Shown here: piece by piece, positions 49,315 to 63,295 of the stretch
Position numbering within the stretch: the first letter of the stretch is position 1
How the letters are laid out: the number at the start of each line of letters is the position of its first letter
Origin: Octopus sinensis
Taxonomy: Eukaryota
Direction of reading: 5' to 3'
DNA: 64,000 nucleotides
Assembly (NCBI RefSeq): GCF_006345805.1
Contig: NC_042999.1
Span: 11,718,001 to 11,782,000 of the forward strand
Notes under the pieces: generated by a model
Told to the model about the DNA's origin: nothing
Databases searched by the model: none
The model's input: the letters and a program-made list of their open reading frames with translations, nothing else
Translations under genes and position numbers: made by a program

Positions 49315-50657
49315 CTAAGAAAAACAAAATTAATCCTCAATTGTAACAAACATTTAATGGTTGTTAATTTTTATGGTGATGTTTAAAAATAGTTTTACAG
49401 AGTTTACCAGAGCGATTTCATCAAAAATCATCTTGTACGTTCTTGTTTTTAGAATTTATTCAGAGGAGTAAATACTGGCATTTATTTATGTATTTAAAAC
49501 CCATTCTTTATTATAACCCTTTAAAAAAAACCCACATATTTAGATTTATATGTTTTGAACATCAGAGATTCAGAAACTGAAATAATTTATATTAAATTCT
49601 TGGTTTTTCTAAACACAGGATGAAATGAATATGGATGAAGTTTGGTTTAGAAAATTTATGGCTGGGAGGAACACACAGCCAGGATAAAAGTTCCAGATTA
49701 ATTATAGATGGGAACAGTTTACAAATAAATAAATAAAGTGAGAGAAACATATGGGGTCTAAGACATGAATTGGAATTACTTCTCAAAACTGTCAACTCAT
49801 TTTTTTTGTCTGATATTTTGCTAATCCCTGGTAATACAAAACCTCTTCAAGAAAATAGCAAAGAATATGATTTTATTTCTTTTTTGAAAAAAACCATCAA
49901 AATAGTGAATTTGTGAAGTCTTTTGAGTGTTGGATAAAATGATGTGTGGTATTTGTTCCAGTTTTCTGCGTTGTGAGTTCCAATCCTGCCAAGGTAAACT
50001 CTGCCTTTCTTCCTTCTGGGATCATTAAAAAGGATTAATGCAAGGGAAGTGGATGAGTGGATGTGTAAAAGAGTTGGGTAAGATGTCTTGTGGTTCCTTG
50101 ATTTCTTTGCCAAACTGCTAAGTTACAGGACACACAGACACACTAACACCAGTTGCCAAATGACATGTGGGGGACAAACACAGATCTATATATATGGCAG
50201 GCTTCCTACAGTTTCCGTCTACCAGATACACTCACAAGGCATTGATCAGCTCAAAGCTATAGTAGAAGACACTTGTCCAAGGTGCTATGCAATGGGACTG
50301 AACCCAGAACCATGTAGTTGGGAGGCAAACTTCTTATTTCTTTATTGTCCACAAGGGGCTAAACATAGAGAGGACAAACAAGGACAGACAAAGAGGTTGA
50401 GTTGATTACATCGACACCAGTGCATAACTGGTACTTAATTTATCGACCCCGAAAGGATGGAAGACATAGTTGACCATGACGGAATTTGAACTCAGAATGT
50501 AACGGTAGACGAAATACCGCTAAGCACTTTGCTTTGCGTGTCAACAATTCTACCAGCTCACCGCCTTTCTTACCACACAGCCACATCTGCACCTCTAAAA
50601 ATGCATTCACACATTTATATATGTATATGTATTAAATACACATACATATATGTTCTA

Positions 50658-50687
<30 letters not shown>

Positions 50688-50688
<1 letters not shown>

Positions 50689-51237
50689 TGGGTTGTCCGG
50701 AAAGTTCGTGCTGATTTATAGTAGCTTACCTTTCGACTTATTTTAGAACATGGTTGAGTCCATAAAATAGGATTTGACTGCACCTCCATTTAGAGCACAG
50801 TTTAAGCTATCTTTTCATGGAAGAAGATTTATGTTTCTATAACCTGTGTTAATTCTGTAACCCTTTAAAATGGAAGATAAGAAAGTTCATTTTCAGCACT
50901 TGATGCTTTGGGAACCAGATAAAAATTGCTGCAGCTCGGCTGGGATGTGCTACCCCACCCTCCATATTCACCAGATATTGCTCCTTTGGATTTCCACTTA
51001 TTTAGTTCTCTGCAGAATCATCTTAATGGTAAAAATTTCAATTCCTTGGATGACGTAAAAAGATACCTTGATGAATTCTTTGCCATGAAACCACCTCAAT
51101 TCTGGGAAGAGGGTATTTTCAAGTTAAAGGAAAGATGGAGACGCATTGTGCAACAAAATGGTTCATATTTGGCTGATTAAAAATGGCAAGTATTTATTGA
51201 CCTTTTTCTTTCCTTTAAAAATCGGCATGAACTTTCC
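50688..51237 (+). mobile_element. Internally deleted mariner element
   Basis: TIR ttgggttgtccggaaagttcgtg with partial right TIR; MEDKKVHFQHLML fused to LPHPPYSPDIAPLDFHLF..NGSY. Confidence 0.85.
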
Positions 51238-51770
51238 AGTATATATATTTTGTTTTTGGATTTGGTTTGCAAGATTCTTTATATGAGTTTGTGTGTTGAA
51301 GCATATTCTGTTGTGTCTGGGGAGTCATTTTCATTTTGTGCCTTATAATTTAACACACTCACTGGTAAAATTTCCACTTATTTCTTATTTTTATTTTCCT
51401 AAAATTTTCATTACATTTTGCAACCTTTTCAATAGTTTTGACTATTCAATAGTCAAAACTATTGAAAAGGTTGCAAGACGCAACGAAAATTTTAGAAAGT
51501 TAATGATGTTTATATATTATGAATGTGTCGACTGAGTAAGAAAGTGAATATATATAGTTATACATGCTCTCTCTCTCTCTCCCCCTCTCTCTCTCTCACA
51601 CACACACATGTATTCCAATAAACAAACTGGCAGTGTACAATTTTTATTAAAGATCTTGCAATAATTTGTAACTTAATATATAAGTTGCTAAACCATCTCT
51701 TATCCTTTTATTGGTCCCCTAGGGGACTCTAAATGCTATATTAGATTATCTACTTCTAGCTAGTACTTAC

Positions 51771-51916
51771 AGCTTTGCATTCTGGGATCCTTTCTTTAAC
51801 TTTCCTTTCGTCAGAAACTACTTGTGATGTGTTTTCTCCAAGCACCCTAAATGTTTTGTAAAGCCCTTTCCTAGTGAAAGGATAGTTTATAGGGTTTTCA
51901 CAGTTTAACAGATGTT
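51771..51916 (-). CDS. Host-gene exon HLLNCENPINYPFTRKGLYKTFRVLGENTSQVVSDERKVKERIPECKA
   Basis: 146 nt, gtctttatag and GCT/gtaagt, phase 1 to 0. Confidence 0.78.
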
Positions 51917-52554
51917 CTATAAAGACATAAACATATAAACATATGTAAATACAAATGGAGACGATGTTGCTATGGAGACAAACACAGATGTAAATATACA
52001 CATGTACATGATATAGATAAAACCATAGAAACATATGTGAATGTACATATGAATGTGATGTTAGTAGAAAGCCATAAGTATATGCAGATATACAAGCATG
52101 GAAATACATACATGATATCAATATATTTATACAAAAGAATCTAAATACACACATATATACATGATGTTGATGCTTACTTAAGTATAAATATAGGGATCGG
52201 TTTGCAATGGGTTCCACGGGGCAAAAGAAGATGGTAGCTGACGAAAGGAAACGTAGTGGAGAGCAATAACAAAAGATCTTCAAAGCAGATGGTTAACAAT
52301 GAAACAAGCTGTCAAGGATGCTTTCAGTGTTAGAAAGTGGAATGATCTCGCTGTCACCTCAAGTGCCATAAGGCACAACGAGAATCGAATGTAATGAATG
52401 TATATAAACATAAGTAAATATAAGCACATACATGATACTGATATATATACACACACATACATAGATACATACACATAGATATATGGAAATGTATACATAT
52501 GCATGATATACATACACACACATACATACATACATAGATACATATATATCATCA

Positions 52555-53700
52555 TCATCATCGTTTAACATCCGTTTTCCATGCTAGCACAGGTTAGACG
52601 GTTCAACTGGGGTCTGGGAAGCCAGGGGCTGCACCAGGCTCCAGTCTGATCTGGGAGTGTTTCTACAGCTGGATGCCCTTCCTAACGCCAACCACTCCGC
52701 GAGTGTAGTGGGTGCTTTTTACGTGCCACCTGCACAGGTGCCAGGGGGGGTCTGGCATCAGCCATGATCGATTGGTGCTTTTAACGTGCCACCGGCACGG
52801 AAGCCAGTCATGGCGGTGCTGGCATCGGCCACGTTCTGATGGTGCTTTTTATGTGCCACCAGCACAGGTATCACAACTACTATTTCCATTGATATTTATT
52901 TCGATGTTCATGTACTTGACTCAATAGGTCTCCTCAAGCACAGCGGGATGTTCTGGAATCCAAGGTACTTTGAATGGGCAGGGGCTATGCGGAACTGGTG
53001 CAGGAAGCAGCCTAGGTCTTTGCAGTCACAGCACATCTCCAGAGATCTCGGTCCTTCGCCATTGCCTCTGTGAGGCCCAACGCTCTGAGGTCATGCTTGA
53101 CTACCTCATCCCATGTCTTCCTGGGTCTACCTCTCCCCCTGATACCTTCAACTGTTTGGGAGCGGCACTTCTTCACACATCTTTCCTCATCCATCCGCAG
53201 CACATGACCATACCATCGCAAGCGTCGCTCTTGCACACCACATCTGATGCTTCTTATATCCAGCATTTCTCTCAGGGTGCTTACACTCTGTCATGCGCGC
53301 ACACTGATATTACACATTCAGCGGATCATGCTAGCTTCATTTCTTTCAAGTCTACGCATGTCCTCTGCAGTCACGGCCCATGTTTCACTACCGTGAAGCA
53401 TAGCAGTTCGCACACATGCATCATACAATCTACCTTTCACTCTGAGTGAGAGCCCCTTTGTCGCCAGTAGGGGTAGGAGCTTTCTAAACTTTGCCCAGGC
53501 TATTTGTATTCTGGTGGTGACACTCTCTGAGCATCCACCTCCACTACTAACTTGGTCATCCTGTAGCGGAAACTATCAACTACTTCTAGTTTCTCCCACC
53601 AGATAAGGGATCAGGGGACGCTGTCAAAGGCTTTCTCCAAGTCCACAAAAGCTATGTAGAGGGGTTTATCTTTAGCTAGGTACTTCTTCTGCAGTTAGAT
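52555..53700 (-). mobile_element. RTE LINE with internal deletion
   Basis: Closely matches 3870-4990; RT domain 3 (AFDSVP..LIW) is joined directly to EKLEVVDSF. Confidence 0.9.
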
Positions 53701-55004
53701 GTTCAGTGAAAGCGTCTTACAGCAGCTGCTCAAATATGAAGATCTTTATCTCTTGCAAACCCCACCAAGAGCCCACTCCCAGTTGTAATTGTTGAGTCCC
53801 TGTTGCTTGATTCAGGGAATCAAGCAAAACCCATGGTAAGCACTTCAGCTGAGGAACTGGTTAGATTTGAAACTCAGAAGGCAAACGGATGCAACTGAAT
53901 AACCATAATACATTTATTCAGTTCAACACTCTACCATTTCTTCCACTCCACTTATGATGACGACAACTGTAATGTTATTAATGGTGATGATGATGATGAC
54001 AGCAATGGGAGATTGATCCCTGGCCACCCGAATAAACTAGATTTACTCGTTCTCTAAACCTATTGCTGTGATATTGAGAGCAATTTAAATTGTTTTATAG
54101 CCATTCTGCACAGACATTAAATATTTGTTTTATTTCATCACCAATTGACACACCACTTCTATAAGCTATTAAATCATGATAGACTTATTAAAGGAACTCC
54201 ATTCACTTGGTTGAAGTTCTTTCATATCAAGTTGGCAAACATCAAACTGGAGAGTGTCTCAAATTTAATACAACCATGGTTTATTTTGATGCTTGACAGA
54301 AAAAGTGACGAAACCAAATTAATACATTTCATAATTTTATGAACCACATTCCTGTTAGAATAAGCTACATTTGTTTCACTTAGTTTTGAAAATAATGAAG
54401 AGTTTAGCAAAATGAATTTGAAATTATTAAGCTGGCGTTAGGAATATGAATTAACATAGAATTTTGAGGGAAAATTTTAATTTAGGTCACTTTAAAACCA
54501 GAAGTTTGTATTACAGAACTAAGGATGGTGTGTTCGTATCAAAAGGGTTGTCCTGCCACAAGGACTGTGGTTTGACTACCTAAATAACTGAAAGGACAGA
54601 ATATGTTGTTTGGATTTGTGTCAAACTGTTAGATTTTCCCAGTCTAGAAACATGTTTCTCCATAAAAAGATGAGTGTTGTCATAAAAGGTGTGCGTCTGT
54701 GGTTTCACCGATCAGCACTAATTGACTTATTAGAGTGGTAAACTTGAGAGGGAGTGGAAGAGTTTTCCCACCAAACAATTTTGCTGAAGATTCTAGAAGG
54801 ACGGCTTACTGTTATAAAAAGTGACAACTTCAATCTCAGGCTGGAGAGTCACAAAGCTGTCGAGAGGAATCTATGTCAACGTTTACAATGAATTGGCTTT
54901 CCGTCCCACTTCACTTTTTTATATAACATGCTTATGTTGTGGTCAACAAAAGGCACCAACTTTAACTTGCAGTGTTGCATAACACACACTAATTGTATGC
55001 TGTG

Positions 55005-55285
55005 TGAAGGTGTGTGGCTTCGTAATTAGTGATTAGGGTAATCAGCTCACATCATAAAGTCAGGAGTTCAATTCCTGGTGACGTGTGTGTCCTTGAGCAA
55101 GACACATTATTTCACCTTGCTTCTGTCCACTCACCTGGCCAAAATGAGTCATACCTGTAATTCAAAGGATCGGCCTTGTCACATTCTGTGTCATGCTGAA
55201 TCTCTCCGAGAACTACATTAATGGTAGACATGTCTGAGGAGTACTCAGCCACTTGCCTGTTAATTTCATGAGCAGGCTGTTCTGA
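55005..55285 (+). mobile_element. tRNA-derived SINE
   Basis: gagttcaattcc B box and gtgtccttgagcaagacac core. Confidence 0.6.
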
Positions 55286-56399
55286 TGTTCCATTAATTCA
55301 TTGGATGTGCATTTGTAAATATAAATGATTTGGGTTATTAAACTATTTGCAAATTCAAATTTTAGAGGTCATTGTCTTCACACGTGAACTACGGAACATT
55401 GTGAAGTGCCATTGAAGAACAGAAGATAAACAACCCCACTGAGACTCCAGAATAATATTTGTGGTAGAAACCAAACAATGATCTTTAAATAATTTCAGTC
55501 TGTTGTCCCTGAAAGTCTACATCTCATCTCAATAACTCCCTACCCTGTCGTACTTTTTAGAAGAGAGGGGGGGGGGAGAAAATTCTGTAAATGATGATAA
55601 TGCGGGAATTTTCAAAGCAAAGGAAACAATCCCTTGTGTATATCTTCACTTAACAACCCTTTTGATGAAGTCTTTACAGAGGGCAACAGTATTACTTCAC
55701 AAACTGTTCCAGTAAGGAACATCATCAGAATTTCTTATCTCTTGTGTTACATTTCTGGTGACTCATTTTCACCGAATACTCAATTGGGAAATGAACTCTC
55801 TCATTTAAAAACAAACGTTTGCAATAAAGAATAAAGTGAGAACAGTAAAGAGGAGCAGATTCCTTACTTAAGAGAAACTGAAAGATAATTCAGCGTAGCT
55901 TTAGTAGATGTATAAGCATAAAGAGATAGATATGGACATCTTAGATCTGAGGTTGAAACAGAAGCAGTAGACAATATGGTTGTTAGTATCGTAAATCAGG
56001 CTATTAAAGAGAGAGAGGGGGGGTGTTTAAAAGGTCAAGTTAACCTAGTTTTACTGGAGGCTAGGTAGAGAGAAAATCTGATAAAGTATCAATAAATTTG
56101 AATCAGCAACTTAAATTGATATTATTTACAATGTAACATTTCTGAAGAGTGAATCTTTCGATGTGCCCTATTCGCTGCAAATAAGACCCTGATTTTTACC
56201 TCTAAATTCTTTTAAGAGTATAGTAAAAATATCTCCAGTTGTACTCGAACAGAAATGATATTACCAGTAAGAAGTATCAACTGTTTTTCTAATATAAACA
56301 ATTGAAAAAAAAAGCAAAACAATTATATCACAACAAATATCAATGTTGCGTAAATTATATTACGGCTGGGTATTTGGTTGAAAAATAACTATTAAAAGT

Positions 56400-58200
56400 A
56401 AACAAAAAATAAATGTTAAGAAGATAAGAACAGCAATAAAAAACATTATTATTAAAAAACGTAACTAACAAGAGCAGCCGTTTTAATATCTAATAACGTT
56501 AAGCAGTTGACCCAGAAGCACACATTAGTCATACAATGGGACAAACAAAAATTAAAACCGGTTCGACACGATATGCCAAACTGTGTAGAAACCGTCAGCA
56601 GAAACTATACAATAACTGCCGAAACGAAATCAATATCAACACCATAAAACCAAATTCAGTGGGTTTTAAAATATCAAAATCTCATTCCATATGGCAAAAA
56701 TATCTATTTGAGTCTTAGAAACGATCAAATTGATAAATGAAGTGAAAAAAAGAAGAAACTGTGTTATTTCGCTATGATTCCTTCTTTCATTTTATAATCA
56801 GAAATTTCTATATTTTTGTACCTCTGATCATAGTTTGGACCTGTCTAGTCACATCGTATTAACTAATGCATCCATCAAACCTAAAGTCTAACAAGGGATT
56901 TTATTTAAAAGACGGACGATCTTTAACAACTTTTGTAGATAAAGAAAGAGTGGATAAAATTCATGGTAAGTGATATTTTTATAACAAAGTACGATCGACT
57001 CATCTTTGATTATTTAAACTACTTCCTGATTTTTTTCTTTTCATTAACTCAAACATGCATTAAGTCTACACGCGTTAGTCGAATACTTGTAACAATTTGC
57101 CTATATCTTGATAAAGTTCTCGCAAAGATATTACAAAATGCCTTCAAAGCTGTAAAATTGAAACCATCTCTCTATTTTAGAAATCAATATTTCACATATT
57201 GTCCTTCATCAGGTCTACAGTGTCACTGTAGATATTTCTATTCTACAAGTTTAGATATACCACGCGCAGTTCAACATAAGTTCTACAAACCATTCCCCCT
57301 TCTATATTCTACGAAAAACATTGCCTCATTCCTAATCGGTGGATACTGTAGACTTGGGCTACAAAATGTAACCACAAGGACAAAATTTAAATTTTATTTG
57401 GAGAGAGAGAAAAATTAACGATTGCAAAACAAGCGAATAAAATGAAAATATACACAAAAAAGTTCTATAAACTTGGTATTTTACTTTGCATCAGAAAGAA
57501 TAATTAACCTTAATCATTATGTTTTTAATTGTAAAATAGCTTCGCATTAGTAAATCTCCCATTATCGGTTTTATAAACTAATAAAACCGTTTCTCACATT
57601 ATTACGTTCTAATTCTAAAACTAATTCTTCAATTCTTTGAACGTTCATTTTACAATCTGTATTTTATTTTCTCATTCGTTGTCTTACTATTCTTATAACA
57701 GAATGTATTCTGGAATTCTGCAGGTTGATTCCATGTTATTCCGAACACTCTTCAGTTCAAACCAGTTTACTCTGACATTCAGTTTTCTACTTTCTCTCAA
57801 TCCTATTCTATAAGGTTTAGATTGTTCGCCATCGTTTCGTATTTAGATAAACAAACTTATTATTTGCATTATAAAAATCATTAATCATGTTACAATTAAT
57901 TTTTATTTTATAATTTTATTATATTTCTCTCTTTTTTTTTAAGTTACAAATTTGTTTTTTTTTCCTTTTCTCTTTTTACGAAAATAATATTTGAATTTCG
58001 TGGACACGTGGAAGTTTCGCTTTCAAGGCTAAAGTTTTTTTTTCCAAACAACAAATAAAACAGACGGAAGAAGAAGAAATTTAGAATCTTTTAATACAAT
58101 AGAAATGATTTAATTCACAAAGGGAGTGACAGAAAATAATTATTTATTTTTATAAAAGGACATAATTACAGTTAGTCCCCCCCCCCATCGACTTTATTTC
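56400..58200. promoter_or_regulatory. CpG-retaining promoter-like region upstream of the minus-strand gene
   Basis: Visibly more CpG than 32-56 kb; CACGTG and CGGAAG motifs near 58.0-58.07 kb. Confidence 0.35.
57688..57830 (-). other. Candidate 5' UTR first exon (start position approximate)
   Basis: ATA/gtaaga donor; only short uORFs. Confidence 0.3.
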
Positions 58201-59009
58201 CTCACAATTTTCTGGAAAACGTTTAGTTTCTAATGAAGTTTTACCCTTTGATGTGATCCACATGTGATTGTGTTGATTACTTTAATTTTTAATAAGCAGT
58301 TTCAGATTATTCTCCTCCCCTTCATCTCCGACTTTGCTTCCTCATAATTCTTGAAAAGGTGATTACAATTATGTTGATAACATTACATTTTTCCACTCAT
58401 TTTCTCTCCACCCTTCAGACTTTTTTTCCCATAGCTCTTCAACCCTTTAGTGTTCAGATTAATCTGTTAAGTGTAATACCTTTTTCACTCAGATTATTTA
58501 AAATTAATCATACATTATCTTACAGCTTTGAAGTTTCAATGGTGTGATAGTTTATTCATGGAATGTCAATGTAGGTTGGTGTGAGAGGCTAGATATGGCC
58601 AGTTTGAATGTAAAACATGTAGCATATTTGGGTCGGCTATGGCTGGCTTAAACACCAAAGGGTTAAAATACATTTCCAGAAATAGTTGATGTTTCATACA
58701 ATTTTTTTTAAAGTGAAAACTGCTAAAATTACGGAAATTAGAGATATTAAAATCAACAAAACTCCTCCGACATTTTATTTTTACTTAATTTTATCAAAAA
58801 GTTGTGGAGGAACAAAGTTACAGGAGTGGGTGGGGTGGAGTTTTTTTTTTTTAAATAGCTTGGTTTATTTCAATTTATGTGCATGATTATAGCTTTTTGG
58901 GGAAAAGATTTAGAACATGGAATCACACCATCAGTTGATATGGGCACTCAGAATAATGGTAATTGAGAAATTTTTTTAATGGACATCATCAAGGCAAAAA
59001 CTAAATTCC

Positions 59010-60600
59010 ATTTTGTCATCATCATCATCATCAACATTTAACATCTGTTTTCCATACTGGCATGGGTTGAACGACTTGATAGCATCTGGCAAGGCTGGAG
59101 GGCTGCACAAGGTTCCATTGATTGTTTTGACTTGGTTTCTATAGCTGGATGCCCTTCCTAATGCCACTCCAAAGAGTGTACTTGGTGCTTTTTATGTGGC
59201 ACCAGCACCAATGCGTTTTACGTAGCACCTTGGTTTTAAGCTCTCCATTCTGTTGTGGTGGGCACGTCTTCTCAACTACAACAATGTGTTGCCACGTATT
59301 TCGGTTCTCTTTCATCTCCTTCGTAAAGTTCAGCGTTTTGAGATCGGCCTTCAAAACTTCATCTCACTTCTTCCTGGGTCTCCCTCTTCCACAGCTTCCC
59401 TCCACTTTAAGTGGACAGCACTGCTTTGTGCAACTGTCCTCATCCATCCACATCACATGACCAAACCAGCGCAGTCTCCTCTCTTGCATATGACATCTAA
59501 TTCTGCTTAGGCCCACCTTCTCTCTCTATTCACCAATACTCTGTCTCAAATGCACACTGACAGCACACATACATACCAGCTTCATTCCTCTCCAGACTTT
59601 GCATGTCCTCTGTATTTAGGGCCCACGTCTCACTACCATGCAGCATCATACACATGCATCATACAATCTTCCCTTAAATCGGAGAGAGAGATGTTTGGTT
59701 GTCAACAGAGGCAAAAGCTTTCTGAATTTTCTCCATCCTATTTTTAATCTAGCAATTACACTTTTTCTACAACCTCCTCCACTGCTAATTAGGTCACCTA
59801 AGTTACAAAATTCATCTACAACTTCCAGAGATCCACTGGCACATTTAAAGAGACCAGTTTCCTATGTGTCTGTGGTCTTTATGGTTCCCATGCATCTTCT
59901 ACATACAAACACTACTTTCTCTGTTAACCTTCCTTATTCCACTGCACTCCCTTTGTCTCCGTAGCTTGCACTGGGTGTACTAAATGGAATTTCTACCTAC
60001 ACCCTTCCTACATATTGAGTAGGGCCATTTACCAGAAGGGTGAAGGGTCCTATCTGATTTCTTGCTTAGTAGGACCTTGGTTTTTACTACATTTACTTTA
60101 AGACCCTTTGATTCCAGGTTCTGCTTCCACACCTGGAATTTATTTTCTTTTCTGTTACAGATTCTGTTGTGAGGGCCAGATCATCAGCATATAATGGTCC
60201 CCACGGGCTTTCAATCTTGAATTCCTCTGTAATGGCCTAGAGAACAATGGTGAAGAGGAGGGAGCTGAGGACTGACCCTTGGTGCACACCTACCTGCACA
60301 CTAAATTCATCACAGTACTCATGACCAACTCTTGCCTTATCAACAGCACCCCTGTACATGGCCTGTACTGCTTTCTGTACAAGCCATCCGTCCCCAGCTT
60401 CCACAGAGACTACCCCATCACAGAGCAAAGGACTCTGTCAGAGACTTTCTCTAGATTAACATTGTTGTCGTTGAGAAGACCTGCCCACCACAACAGAATG
60501 GCTTGTTCTTATCTAAATGCTTCTCTTGAAATTGCCCGATTATGAAAACAGCATCTGTGGTGCTTCCCTTGGGACAAAGCCAAACTGCATTTCATCTTGT
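59010..60600 (-). mobile_element. Decayed PHD-type RTE LINE
   Basis: VGVHQGSVLSSLLFTIVL, YADD, decayed GKGVGRNSI PHD remnant, 3' tail. Confidence 0.85.
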
Positions 60601-60704
60601 CTAATTCTATTCCTAATTAATTGGGTTCTCTGCAAATTTCATCGCTTAAAAAATCAGACAATTAATTGTAAGTTTTTTAATTAACCCCTTCATATTTGAT
60701 GGTG

Positions 60705-60845
60705 TAGGCATGGCTACATTCCCTTCCCAACCGCATGGCTTCAGATTCAGTCGCACTTGGGCAAATATCCTCTTCTGTAGCCCTAGACTGACCAAAGCCT
60801 TGTGAATGCATCTGGTTGATGGAAACTGAAAGAAGCCGATGTATA
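60705..60845 (+). mobile_element. tRNA-derived SINE head
   Basis: Same family as 35590. Confidence 0.6.
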
Positions 60846-61340
60846 TATATTGGCAAGTAGAAGGGCATCTCGCTATGGAAACTTTGTCTCAATCAACTCT
60901 GTTGGAACCATGCCAGCTCCCAATTGGCCCCTGCACTCAAGGAAACCACATCCTATACTGTGACATTTCATGAAGGTGGTCTCCCTGAAGTTTAAGAAAA
61001 TCTACATAAAAATGCTCTTTCAAAAAGCATTCATTCTACACTTTAGAGACACAAGATACCAAAAAATAAACTCATTCGTCCAAAATTGCTTGCACTTTTA
61101 GTGTAAGGGTTAATTGTATGTATGTATGTGTGTATGTGAATGTTTGAAAGTGTTTATGGGCATGTTTGGGTAAAATGTGTGTGTGAGGTATGTGGTTGTT
61201 TAAGTGTATGGTGAATTGTATGTATATATGTGTGCGTATGTGTGTGTGTGTGTGAGTTGCTATAAATACACTTTGTATATGTTTAATTGCGGGGATACTT
61301 TTTTATTTCAATAAAGTGTTTTATATATATATATATATAT

Positions 61341-62410
61341 TGGAGCCTGGTGCAGCCATCTGGTTCGCCAGTCCTCAGTCAAATCGTCCAACCCATGCTA
61401 GCATGGAAAGCGGATGTTAAATGATGATGATGATGATATATCATTTAGCATCCGCTTTCCATGCTAGCATGGGTTAGATGATTTGACTGAGGACTGGCGA
61501 ACCAGATGGCTGCACCAGGCTCCAATCTGATCTGGCAGAGTTTCTACAGCTGGATGCCTTTCCTAACACCAACCACTCCGAGAGTGGTTGTGGGTGCTTT
61601 TACATGCCACCAGCACGATGGCCAGTCAGGCGGTACTGGCAACTTTTTTCTCAGGGTGCTCACACTCTGTCGTTTATGCACACTGACATTACACATCCAG
61701 CGGAACACACTAGCTTCATTTCTTTCAAGTCTACGCATCTCCTCAGCAGTCAAGGCCCATGGTTCACTGCCGTGTAGCATGGCTGTTCGCACACAAGCAT
61801 CATACAGTTTACCTTTCATCCTGAGCGAGAAGCCCTTAGTTGCCAGCAGAGGTAGGACTTCTCTGAACTTTGCCCAGGCTATTCTTAATCTAGCTACTAC
61901 ACTCTCAGAGCATCCACCCCCACTACAGACTTGGTCACCTAGGTAGTGGAAGCTATCAACTACTTTTAGTTTTTTCCCCTGGCATATGATGGAATCTGCT
62001 TTCTGTACATCTTCCACATAGAGGAGCTCCCAGGGGCAGCCTGTCTTGAATTCCTCTGTTATTGCCTAGAGGACTATGATGAATAAAAGGGGGCTGAGGA
62101 CTGATCCTTGGTGAACCCCTACTTCTACCCGGAATTCTTCTCTATACTCGTTGCCAACCCTCCCCTTTCTGATAGCATCCATGTACAGGGCTTGTACAGC
62201 TGTTACCAACCACTCATCTATCTCCAGTTTCTGCATTGACTACCAGATAAGGGATCAGGAGACCCTGTCAAAGGCTTTCTCCAAGTCAACAAAAGCCAAG
62301 TACAGAAATTTATTTTTGGCTAGATATTTCTCCTGCAGCTGCCTTACCAGAAATATGGCATCAGTGATGCTTCTTCCTGGCAGAAAACCAAGCTGCATCT
62401 CATCTAGCCT
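61341..62410 (-). mobile_element. RTE LINE with internal deletions and an inverted duplicate of its tail
   Basis: GCPWELLY joined to QKADSIICQGKKLKVVDSF; 61341-61430 mirrors 61441-61524. Confidence 0.85.
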
Positions 62411-63079
62411 AACTTATTTGCAATAAATGTGGTATTTTAAAAATTTTAACAACACAATCAGACATCTACTCCATTGAAACCCAGCCTCTCTAAACTTTCA
62501 CCTCCTCCCCTATGATTCCTCTTTCAATTTGTATGTGTGTGTGGGTGAGGGTGGGATAGGTAGGGGAGGCATTCACTTACTCATTGCTTGCCACAAAGCC
62601 TAATATGTGCACATATGTTCAGTTTCTCTTTACCCTAACCCTTTACCTTCTCCCCCTCTATCTATACAATGTAAATTGTCACTGGAGAATGCAATCACCC
62701 AACCATTTACATCAGCTGTTATTAAATTAACATATTAAATTAACATATTACCTGAGCATTTGCTCATATTCCCGTTGTCTTTTGACTTCAGCTTAACCAT
62801 TCCAACTTTTGAATTTGCAACAGTTCATGAATAGATTCTACAATAATTTCCATATTTTTGTTAGTTAAAAGCTTCCAGGGAAATGGCTGAAGAGAAGAGA
62901 GCAGAATTGAGCTTAAATACAAAATTCCTGTTGTGTCCACTAAAATTGGATGATGTACCTTGGAGAGTGGGAGAAGTCAGCAGCAAGATTTAGCTGCTAT
63001 TTCTGTCAGGTCAAGTGACTGCATTCAAGCTGTGACCCTCCTATCTTTTTTTCCAGCACCTTTACTGATACCCTGTAAA

Positions 63080-63295
63080 AAGTCTCTGTGCTGGTGCCAC
63101 ATAAAACCCACTCGATACACTCTGTAAAGTGGCTGGTATTGGGAAGGGCATCCAGCTAAAGAAACCCTGCCAAAACAGACAATTGGAGTCTGGTGCAGCT
63201 GAACCGGCTTGCCTGCTCCTGTCAAACCATCTGACGACCCATAACAGCTTGGAAAACAGGCGTTAAATGACAATGATGTTGATGATGATGATGAC
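63080..63295 (+). mobile_element. RTE 3' tail fragment
   Basis: gggaagggcatccagct..(GAT)n. Confidence 0.7.

Noticed and set aside
54180-56300. Possible 5' coding exons near 54.2, 55.7, 55.87 and 56.2 kb
   Set aside because: Several mutually exclusive weak options; none can be chosen without transcript data
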